From Takakia lepidozioides (lineage: Eukaryota; Plantae; Bryophyta), in contig CM060731.1 in the NCBI GenBank assembly GCA_030704615.1, positions 55,366,001 through 55,430,000 on the forward strand: a stretch of DNA of 64,000 nt, given 5' to 3'. Under the pieces are notes generated by a model that worked only from the letters and a program-made list of their open reading frames with translations, was not told where the DNA came from and did not search any database. Positions 12,928 to 23,787 of this stretch are shown piece by piece (the first letter of the stretch is position 1; each line of letters begins with the position of its first letter). The translations under genes and the position numbers were made by a program.

Positions 12928-13005
12928 ATGGAAATCCGGCGCCGGATTTCCATCCTGCAGCGCTCCGAATTACCTCTACGTTGGAAATTCCGGGCCGAGT
13001 TCCGT
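12928..13005. repeat. Continuation of element 1 palindrome array
   Basis: GGAAAT at 12930 and 12983 (53 bp apart); completes the palindrome split by the LTR element. Confidence 0.9.
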
Positions 13006-13210
13006 CGATTTTCATCCGACATGGAGGGCTTCATCCGACATTTAATTGCGCAGTTGGGCAATAAATGTCGACCGCCGTCGGTTTTCATTCGGGCTGGCGA
13101 CACATGGCTTCCTGGATACGTACCCTAAATCTCATGCTAATCTTGGCTTAAATGCTATTCAAGGCATGTACCCCAAAAACGGAGATCTTTTTCCATTTTG
13201 GCTGGGACTT

Positions 13211-14748
13211 ATGCCGCCTGAAGGGCGTGGCTCTCCTGAGAGAGACCTCACATCCAGACCGCGGCGGAAGTTGAAAACTCTGTACTACGGACGACGGCCA
13301 ATCTCTCGCATGGCCAAACTGAAGCTCCAGTAGGAGATTCCAGTGCCTTGCTCACAACCTGCGCCAACTGAAGCCGAGTACTCTCAGGCAAGCCACTTCT
13401 GCTTTCGCTTTGTTCAATTTCTTTTTTGCTTTCGCTTTGTTGCCTCGCTTTGTTTTTGCATCTTCATCCTGGCTTCGCTGGATGAGTGAACTTTAGATAG
13501 TTGAGTGAACCTTACATTGTTTGCAATGCGTGTGCAAATCCGGCAGCTGTGGAGAAGGCTGCTTGTGCATGTCATTCTCAGGCAATGGTTGCATTTGTTT
13601 TCATTGTTGTTGCATGGCTCTCCATACTTCCTAAACTTGTTATGTTTTCATTTTTGTTACACGATTGTTGCTATGGTGGTTGCGCTGCTCGTTGCGATGC
13701 TGGTTTTTGCACCGATGTTGGTTTTCACGATTTTTGGGAATGACAGAGTGACGACGAGCTCGGCACGCTGGTGGTATCATCGACAGCTCCAACTCATCGC
13801 ATGTTTGAATCGCCCAACTTGGGGCGAGAGGGCAGACTTCAACCTTTTGTTGGTGGACGGGAGGACTTGCAATGAGAGTACGACAGAATAGGCATTGGGG
13901 AGGTTGGTGCAGGCGGCATGGCAGGTGAAGGGCGTGAGGACATGAGGACAGCAGATCCGGCAATGGAGGTTGTTCATGCACATGCAGTAGGGCCCGCCCA
14001 CGCAAAGAAAAAGAAGAAAGCTAAGCACATGCAATCCCCGGCGAGAGAGCCGTCACGGGCTGCGGAGGGGGGAGTGAGCAGTGCGCGCGAGGGTATCAGT
14101 TCGCCTCAATCAAAGGTGGTCGTCCTGGAGGGCTCCCCTGCTGCTAACCCTAGTAAGAAACAGAAAGCCCGTGAGAGGGCAAAAGAGAGGGCAAAAGAAC
14201 AGATGAGACAGAATGCTAGCCAGGAGGAAAGAGAAAAGGCCATTGAAGAGGCCAGGGGTGCCCAAATGACAGATGCCAATGTAAGCGAGGGACGCACAGA
14301 GACGGTGGATCCCTCCAAGACACCACAGAGAGGCAGTAACACACCGGTTAGACCATCGTGGGCAAGAGCAGCCCCCGCAATTACCCATACGGTGGAGAGT
14401 GGAGGAGAGGAAAGAACACCAGAAAGAGCACGGATTGTGCAAGTTCGAGGTGAAACCAGGGAGAGGGCAATAGAGACGGGGAGAGTGCTGGAGGTGGTTT
14501 CGCAGGTGGCTGACCCTGTTGAGGAGGACGACAGGGAGCTTTCTGACCAGGATGACATCCTCCCGGACATCCCCAGGCCCCAAACCCGGAGCATACAGGC
14601 TGGATTTGGCGGTCCTGGTGGGCTACCGGAAAACCCCTCTGCAGCAGACGTCATGTCTGAGGCGGATATGAAGTTGGCCGTTGCCAAGATGTTGGAGGCA
14701 ACCCACAACAACATTGGCAGGGTGTTGGGGGGCATGGTGTACCCGGCC
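13211..14748 (+). pseudogene. 5' part of the element 1 partner gene (homolog of the ParB-MTase gene), truncated
   Basis: RPRRKLKTLYYGRRPISRMAKLKLQ matches RPRRKLRKLCFGRRPMPKGRKQMRLQ (~54230, minus). MSEADMKLAVAKMLEATHNNIGRVLG matches MSPEDFKSAADKMLEETHSSIGRVLG (~53270, minus). It breaks at 14749, just before the ParB domain. Confidence 0.8.
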
Positions 14749-17429
14749 AATTCTCTTGTTCATGCCTGCAAGAGTTGGCGGAGATGATATTCTACTCTAA
14801 ATATGACGACTCCAAGTAGGAGCTTGGTAGTCAGAAAGTAGCCAGTGACATCCTAGTTGTGTACAGTTGACTGAAACAGGGAAAGGGGAATCTGTTACGA
14901 ACATACAATACTGTAGTCAATGCTAGCTTCCTGGTTAGTCTGATCCTAATTGTAGTCAATTTTTCCACAGAAACTGCTCAACCTAAAGTGACTCTACCCA
15001 AAGTGGCTCTGAGAAACTTCTGTTTCTCCAAAACAGCTCAGGGCACTCAAGGGTTAAAGATCTTTGTGTATATCTCTTACATGTACTGAACTGTCACCGT
15101 ACAGTTTACCAAATACGAATGTATCAGTGTATGCAATTACCAGAAATAAAATCCTACCTATACAAGACCATCGCGAATCATAGAGCTCAGTTCTTTGTAG
15201 CAATACTCAGCAGACTAGACATGACTCAATCAGAGTGCGCCTTTCTAGAGTGCCTCGTTGCCCCCCTGTCAGAAAGCTGGCCGGTTTTGTCTCCATTAAA
15301 ATGGGACCAAGGAAAACCAGAAAACTGTCCCAACACGGCTGTCAGCTGTGCACGCTCTCTCTTGCCATCTTCACTGCTGGTGATGCGACAAGAAAACCAA
15401 AAATCTCTCTACACCAATTTTGTCTGCATCAAAAGTTTTATAATATATACAGCTTCACCACCACTTTTCAAAAGTTGGATACTAGTGCAAATTGACAACT
15501 CCCGAGGGCTCGGCTACATTTATCAAAGTATTTATCGGGTACTAGGACTTACAACACAGAATTCAGGGGGGAAATGAGATAACCAGCGAGCTGCCAGATC
15601 AAGGGACTCTCCCTGTATAAGAAAGGCTTTCTTTTAGCCTCCCGCATTTTACCAAATAACTTCAGGTGTAGCCAATGGAGTCAGCCTCTACAGTTTCATG
15701 TAATTTGTACAGGAGATAACCAAGCATCTTTCAATGCCTCCTCTGCAGTCCACTGCTTAGACATAAGACTGCTAATAAACCTCTGAGCAGTACCGCTATG
15801 TCGGGATTGCAGAAGTACTCCCAGCTGATACAAATCTGACTGGGGAGTGTAGCGGCCGTCCTCCAACATGGCCTTGCTCCAATCAGCAAAAGGCTGAAAT
15901 CCTTCTGGCAATTTGAATGGAGATTCAGCTACCGTTTCAAGGTCTATGAGCATGAACCCCTCCGCTGAAACCTGCACAATATTGGGCAACCGGATATCCC
16001 TATGGACGAGGTTTACCGCATGCAGGACAGACAAAGCCTTTAACACGTCCCGAGCCAACAGCTTCATATCGTTCTCCGACCTCAACATCGGGGAGTAGCC
16101 CAGCGGACTGATCTCAATATTATAAGTACCTCTACGATCCATTTCAGGAACTGAAATTACCTGCGGAAGAGAAGGGACCCCTCGTGCAACATTGTAGGCC
16201 TGCCGAATCAGTTCAAAAGTGGTCCTTTTCTCAATACAATACCTTGGGAAGTTCCTTATTGCCTTCCGAACACTGCTCGGCAGAAAGTATATCGTCCTCT
16301 CCCCACATGCTTCTTCAGAAAACATTGGCCGCCGGCCTGGCACTTCCGGGATTGACTCCACCATCTTCTTCATGATCTCATAGGCATTGCCAAGGCTGAC
16401 TAACAATAAGAGGCGGCCATAAAGCTTCGTGACATTAAGACATGGCTTGATTCGAGCTGCCGTCTTTCCATCCTTGTTGATATAAACCCATTGGAAGTCT
16501 GTGCCTGCTGCGATATAGCCGAGAATGAATTGAATGTCCCCATAAAACGTCGCACTAAGTGGCCTCATCTTTCTCAAAATATCCTCTTCAGCAGCAGCTA
16601 AGCCGGCCAGCTTGTCCTCACCAACCAGAAAAGTGCATCCACCAGCAATTCCAAGCATGTCAGGCCTCAGCTGTTTTCCAATAGTTTCGGTGTTAGAAGT
16701 ACCTGTCTTCTTTTCAGAAGTATTGAACAAAAGCTTGGCATTCAAAGCAGGCTGGCAGTACCGGTCATACAAAGAGAATACCGTCTTAAAACAATAACCC
16801 ACAAATATGGATACGTCCTGCTCTGATACTGGAGTTTCAACATCGGCAATCAACAAATTTGATAGCCTCAGAGGGAGCGCTCAATCATTTGCCTCCATGA
16901 TCAAGTCCAATGCCTGAGGGGGCAACTCGCGTTGGACTCTCAAGTAGGTAATTTTGGTCACAGGAAGCTTTCCGTGATCCGTAGGAAACAATGCTGCTGT
17001 TAGCTCACAAGAGTTTTGTGGGAGCTTGATAGGCTGAGGCCACAGCATAGAATTGAACCATACTCCAGAATTTTCAATCAATTCTGGTGGACACAAATAG
17101 CAATTCAGTGAAGCATAGCAAGGCAGACCAGAACAGAGCAACAAGAAGCAAGGAAATGCATAATGGTGGTAATTATCATATTAATGAAGTAATTAATCAA
17201 CATATAAGACACATAAGATTCGTGATGGTTCATCTGAAATGACAACCAAAGGAGCCTCCTCATCATCATACTTTATGACATAAAAAAAGACAAGCTCAGA
17301 CTGCCCTAGGCAACGCGATCTCACACTCTAACCATCATCCCATGTTGTTGAGTTGCATCTATCATGTAGTGCACAACCAGAATTCCACATATAAATAACA
17401 AACAACCGTGTCTTTCAAAGGACCCTCCT
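14749..17429. repeat. Left arm of ~2.7 kb inverted duplication (partner 36217-38880)
   Basis: Reverse-complement identity across the kinase exon and its 3' flank. Confidence 0.93.
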
Positions 17430-18484
17430 GCGCTGGAAAGCTGGCTGTCATGGTGGACATACCGATACTACCAATTGGGAGCATATGTTCGCAATGTAAG
17501 TGTTCGCTTTCTCCATACACTGTGCAACTCGTTACTCTAGCTAATCATTGTCCAGACAAACTCCAGAAACAAAACCTAAGTATCAAGAACTCCACAAATA
17601 CTCGATGCAACAAATAAAGACAACCCTAGGCACTCATGAGAAATGAGGGGTTTGAACGATACTACTCATATTTGCAGCCACGCATCAAACAAACCCTAGC
17701 TATGAAAAGAATCAAGAAAAGATCCCAGCATCAGCAACCTAGGTGCCAAGAATCTACACAACCTCTGAATTACACCAAACGGGATGTTGGGGATTTAGGG
17801 GACCCTGCGGGAGGAAACATAACCTACGGGACAAACAGCTCCAGTAAGTACAAGAAGACATACCATACAACCCTTGCTACGAAAGCCTTGCAAAAATTTA
17901 TGGAGTGAAGGCAAGTGGAGCTTCTGCCTGCCTTCACAAAGTTTGCAAAGCTTTCAATAACCTTGAAAGGATCTGGTGACAACAAACCCTAAGTACTTAA
18001 ACCTCACTATCAGCAAACTCAGGCCGCAGAGCCCTAAGAAACTCAGACCGCCACAGGAAAACCTAAATTATCCCGATGACAAAACCCCGATGACAGGGAG
18101 AAGGGTTTACCACTGCCTTTACTTGTGTCTGTTGTTGAAGGAGCATCAACCTGCTTAAAGGTATAGTCTCCTGGGTCCAAGGGATCGCTCCCAAGCAGCA
18201 GAACTCCCTCTTGATTAAACAAATCCCCATATTGATTTGCATTGTCATCGGGTGTCTAGAGGGCAAGTATGAAAATAAAGTAACCCCACCTTCAAAGGGA
18301 GATCGTTAACCGCGCGTCACTACCCTAACACTAGTCATAGCTAAGAAACAAACTAATCATGAAGAATTGTCCCTTTTCTTTCCACTATTGTTCTATTGTT
18401 GTTCTATCTTGAATCTTTGGCATTCCGTCCTTAAGCTCCCGACGAGATGAATTCAAGGTCAGATGGTGGGGTCAGCTGCAACAT

Positions 18485-19240
18485 ATGCCCAACACCAGAT
18501 ATCCTAAGTTAATCGACTCTATATCTTGGAAACAGGACCGCCCTGTCAAACAGGCTAAGTCCTGGCAGAAGAGAGTAGAAGAGATTCTCAAGGACCTGGA
18601 CCTGGAGCCGCAAGTCTTGACCCTGCTGGATAAATCTGACTTAGAGGCTGTAGTGTCCAAAGCCATGTCTTTTGCCATGAGATTGTCTGATGAAAATGAA
18701 GTTAGGCAGAAAACTTCCCTGAACCTGTTTCCAGTCAGTGACATGGGGGAGGACATCTTGGATGACCTCAAGGGTCTACCCACTCTCGGCACTAGACTGA
18801 AATTTAAACTCAGGGCAGGAAGCCTACCTTTGAACAGCAAACAGAAGCAGAGAGGAAAGAGAGAGTGCAATTGCCCGTTGTGTGGGCAATCTGAAGACAG
18901 TATTCATTTTTTGATACACTGTCCAGGGTTCTCTCACCAAAGAGACGCTCTCTTCAAATCTATCAAGGGAATTGTGCCTGTACCCCTGTTTACCAACTTT
19001 GAAAGTCTCGAGGCTGAGCCGAAAGCCCAGGCCCTGCTGAGGCCTAGTTTTTGGGCAAATCACACACAGCAGATTGATGCTTGTGTGAAGGGATTTCTAG
19101 AGGATATCTGGAAAACCCGGATTAATTCTATATATCAAGGTAAGTCTTACTACCAACGTCAGCCCCTGACAGAGGTAGGTTCTATCCCTTTTGTTCCCGC
19201 TCAAACTGGGCGCGGGGTCAATGTCCACAAGGCTACGTAA
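18485..19240 (+). mobile_element. 3' fragment of a non-LTR retrotransposon (LINE ORF2 C-terminal Zn finger)
   Basis: RLKFKLRAGSLPLN...CPLCGQSEDSIHFLIHCP. Confidence 0.75.
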
Positions 19241-20680
19241 GTCACCAACAACCACATTCTGTCATCGACCAATTAACGGCTCAAAACATGCGCACAATTT
19301 CGGCTAGAGCTTTCTATCCTCTGAAGATGGTACTCAAGAAATCGTAAAGGTTTGAACAACACTACTGATTCGCAGGTCACATGCATCAAAGTACTGACGC
19401 TACCAAGAAGCTGCTTGTAATGCTAAAAATATGCAAATATCTCAAGATACTAGATTCAGTTTGAAATACCCTGTCCTAACAAACAACCGTGTCTTTCAAA
19501 GGACCCCCCTCATATTTTACTTGTTAACATGGATCTATCGAATGAATAAACTGCATGTATCAACCGTACACAGGATCACACAGGGGATTGGGAGAAGCTG
19601 TTGAAACCCTGAGTGCACAACACAGCCAAGAAACCAAAAAAATTGCAAACACTTGACTCCAAGCTACGCATTGAACGAATCACAAATCAGCAACTGCAGC
19701 AGGTTCAACAGTCAACTGCCCAATTGTCTTGCGAGAATTCAAATGTGCCTGCCCATCATCAGAATTGCAGACATAAAAACAAACGGGCTCAGACTGCCCT
19801 AGGCAACCCATCGACATTCACCAGACTCTCTCCATGACGCACTATCTGACACCCTAGCTAATGGGTGAACTCTGTCACAGAAGGTTCTGCAGCCAAGGCG
19901 GTTTTGGTTAACTCACATAAGTCACCAACAACCACATTCTGTCATCGACCAATTAACAGCTCAAAACATGCGCACAATTTCGGCTAGAGCTTTCTATCTT
20001 CTGAAGATGGTACTCAAGAAATCGTAAAGGTTTGAACAACACTACTGATTCGCAGGTCACATGCATCAAAGTACTGAAGAGAGAACAGAAACTCATTCTT
20101 CACACATTGGTAGCAAACCCTACAAACTTACACTCACCAGACTCCCTCCTTGACACACTATCTGACACCCTAAACCATCAACCATGGTTTCCATAACCAA
20201 CAATCCCACAAAGAAAGTAGCCTGCGAAGACAGACACAACACCGTTCAACCAAGAAGCAAGAGACGTAACAAAAATCAGATGAAGATTTGAAACCCTAAC
20301 CCTGTACATACTCTTGGGATGCCATTGAGCCCGTCCAAAACTGTTGCGGTTATGGTTATGGATGCAAAAAATCCAAGAGAGCTCCAGAGACACAAAGGAA
20401 GACTCCCTCTCCCTCACAATAAAAATAGAAGTGGATGCGAGGACGGCAATCACTCACAAGTGAACTACCAAAATGACGGTTTAGAGTTAGGGTTTCAGGC
20501 CACACAACACTTTAAACCTGCCATCATCTGCCGCAATCTGACCGACCACTGCGCTTCAAGAGATTCAGAAGGGCTTGCCCTCTGACCTTGCACGAAAAGT
20601 GCCCACAAAGGTTCACGGCCAGACATTTCCAAGAAGCAGTGCAATGCAGCAAGCTCAACAAAATGGCAACTCAAAACCAT
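19237..20680. repeat. Shared intronic repeat module of Crinkler-like genes
   Basis: Inverted match to 24140-25440 and 39520-40800, partial match to 35345-36330. The same spurious ORFs recur (MPLSPSKTVAV..., MIAVLASTSIF...). Confidence 0.9.
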
Positions 20681-22412
20681 AGAACATGATCCGGCAACTT
20701 TTTCTTCAGCCATTCTCTGAGGGTAGGAGGCGCTGCCCGCAGCAATCTATCAACCAACAAAATGACTAGGAATATAAATTGGACGCTGCCATACGCTGGC
20801 TCTTATCAGACTGCTCGACAGCTCTATGAGCAGCCTGATTAGCATCGTTCTAGAAAATACATTCTAGAGAATTACCCTGGGTGATGCCTACCTGCAGGAT
20901 ATTTCAGGGAAAGGAAACAAAGAGAACTCATTCATTCATCAGGAGTAACTACAGATAACCAGATAAGGAAAAACTTAAGTAATCTGCTGTAGAGCCATAC
21001 ATACGAGAAAGAAGTACAGATAGAGGCAAACATACTTGCAGGTGGTTCTGAAAGAACATCGGAATGACCATCAACGGCAATGACTGCATTGGCGTCCAGA
21101 TTTAAGGTCTGTTGAATCTTCGTCCAGGTGAGGGTCGTGACACCATCTGTATCCACGGGAATAAGAACCCCTTGAAGAGTTATAGTGCCTGACTTCAAAC
21201 CCAGGCGTTTGCCTAGCGTTATGAGACTGATTCTGCCATCTTCTTCGCTCAACATAGAGACTGGAGCCTCCACTCCCTTCTGAAACTTGATGATGGGGAC
21301 CATAGCTGCCACTTCTCAGAACCGATCAGCAGTGCAGAAGCTGTCCTGGAGAGCTGCAAACACCTCCAAAAATGCAGCATTACTTCCTTGATCAATCAAG
21401 ATTTCAAATGCAATGAAATGGTACTTTATAACGTCCGCAGAAAGCCACAAAGGAGAGACAACATACAATTTGCAAGAAAAGCATGAGGATCAAAAATTGA
21501 AACTAACCTCAATTCTCCAGGAATGCCGTCAGCATAAACAGGCGGGGGTGGTGCCGTATATCCACTCTGATACGGCTGCCACAATCATTTAAGAGAGAAA
21601 TAAGGATTCAAGACCTGTCACATGTTAGTACAGGTACTATGATTACAGATTCGCTGTTAGCCTGCAATTTTTCTCAAGCTAGCGTGAGAATAATTATTGG
21701 TCTTTGCAAAAGCAGTTCAAGTAGATTCACAACAGATGGGGCGAGAGGAAGCACATGACTAGTGGTCCCCGTCTCAGAAGAAGTTCAGCGGTTTCCGTAA
21801 CGTGAATCCTCTCACACAAGAGAAAAATAGCTGTCACACCCGAGATTTGCAGAGAAAGGCAAGCAGGAGATTGCTCCGATGCCGGCAAGAGAAAGATGCA
21901 GGACGGGGCTCGGAAAGAGAGAAGCGCAGAGCAGCAGACCTCCACAACACTGCCTGCAAGTAGCAGAGATTCAAGAAACAAGTAGTGCAGCAAGGAAAGC
22001 GGACGCGAACTGGGCAAGAGTGTTTTATTTCCCCACAGGCATTTTATTTTATTGTTTCATAAATGGCAGTTTCTTTTTTTTTTTTTTTTTTTTTTTATGA
22101 ACAGGGGACAGAGGCCCTGGTGAAATTTATTCGAAAAGTAATCCAAAAATGGTGTGCCTACAATAATTTGGCTTTACAAGTGTTTAAAGCTGTCTACAGA
22201 GTGCATATTAGATAATTTGAGAAAATGCAATTTAAGCCAATGGTCGATTGACAACTTATACTAGAATTGTCTTTATAAATGAAAAGGTTGAGCAAAATTC
22301 TATGCTCCACTATTGTCACTTCCACTCTAGGTATCTTCCAGTGTTGTGCGGGTATATTGATTTCAATATACCCTTAGGGTATAAGTAAACTATTTTTGTC
22401 AAATCATTCACA

Positions 22413-22560
22413 CTCCGGGTATGGATAAATCGAAATCTCAAAAACTTATTTACCCTCCGGCTATGGATAAATTAACTTTTCAGATTTCTATATAACTCCG
22501 GGTATGGATATATATGCCAAAATATACCATGAGGGTATGAATAGTTTCCGGGTATGGATA
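22413..22560 (+). repeat. Dispersed short repeats CCGGGTATGGATA (4-5 copies)
   Basis: Seen directly in AT-rich sequence. Confidence 0.6.
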
Positions 22561-22740
22561 GTTATTTCAATTAATATATAATTTAATGGTTTTATGGAAT
22601 ATATGATGTTCTTCAATATGTACAAAACACAAAAAACACAATTTAGGGTAAAAGAGAAAATTGATAAGATATTGCATAATATTTTGATGTTAATTTCCAA
22701 TGCAAGATGGAGGAGGTTTGAGATTAAAAAAAAGCACATT

Positions 22741-22932
22741 GGCTGGTAGCTCAGCTAGTAACGCGCTGCCCTGGCCCGTGTGTGGGATTGTTCGTGACGG
22801 TATGTCTGGGCGTTGATCGTCCTGTAGGTCTCATGGCCCATAAATGAAAGGGGGTTAATCTTTCCCCCTCCTCAAGGGCCTGAATTGTGGGTTGTAGCTC
22901 CCAGTTTCCTGAAAAGAAAACCAAAAAAAAAA
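22741..22932 (+). mobile_element. tRNA-derived SINE-like element
   Basis: GGTAGCTCAG A-box-like head; 3' body shared with 29293-29515 (GGGCCTGAwTTGTGrGyTGTmGCTCCC); A-rich tail. Confidence 0.6.
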
Positions 22933-23787
22933 TCCCCCCTCAAGGACCTAAATTGTGGGCAGGTTTCCTTATATATATATATATAGGCGAGATCTGAAGA
23001 GGTATTGTTTGGGTTATATGACATTTTAGGAATGATATATATGTAGCATTTGTTTTAGTTGTGATTGGACACATCCATTCAGTTTTCATCCCTGTGAATC
23101 CATGGACGTCATCTATCTCCTCGTAAGTCCATGGGACTGTCAATGGATGTATGAACCCAAGTACTTGGATGTATAATAAAGTTTTGCACGTAGTAGATGA
23201 ATGTATCTAGATTGGGGTGCCTTAGTGAGGGTTCACGGTGCTCGGCCAGCTCCTGTGACATGGCCCAACTGAGATGCCATTTGCGGTTTTGCCACGGTTT
23301 TGCCAATTTGCATGCTGCACTGTCTTGCGACAAGCTTAGGCTAAAGCAGAGCGGTTAGCTTAAATTAAACATGGCGCTTGGGGCTGGCTAAACCTATCGT
23401 GGAGACTCATATTGCATCCGCGCTACTGCCTTTTGTGAACACTAGTGGCAAGAGATGTGGATATGGAAGCGATGCGTTTTATAGAGTTCTGGACTAGCGA
23501 CCGTTTCCACGTTCGCTCGTCTCTGCTCTTAATCAAAGGCCAGTCACACTGCTATTGCAATCTACACCACATAATTCTCTTTTTTGTTACTAAGCTAGAA
23601 ATCAGTCTATATGGCCATGGCGTCTCTCTGTCTTCTTCGAGTCCACTGACACGCTCCACTTATTCTCTTGGTCATGCACCGGTTGAGCTTTACAACCTCA
23701 GATTCGACGGCTGTGGGCGATTTAGGGTTTCGGGGTTTGACTTCATCGGTGGCTCTCCCGGGGCCTTCATCGGTCAGCCTGGACAAT

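Larger units (their letters stand above)
15696..21303 (-). pseudogene. Crinkler-like gene: header exon + REase + protein kinase (copy 1)
   Basis: Header exon 21303-21036 (phase-1 GTATGT donor); exon 2 17083-15696 (CCAG acceptor, phase 1) with RPD...GEDK, HRDIRLPNIV, LIDLE and SDLYQLG. In-frame TGA at 16881-16883 (TCA in copy 2). Confidence 0.75.

Noticed and set aside
20178-20713. Recurrent small ORFs (MPLSPSKTV..., MIAVLAST...; also ~24200 and ~39650)
   Set aside because: They recur only because the intron module is duplicated; no recognisable domain.
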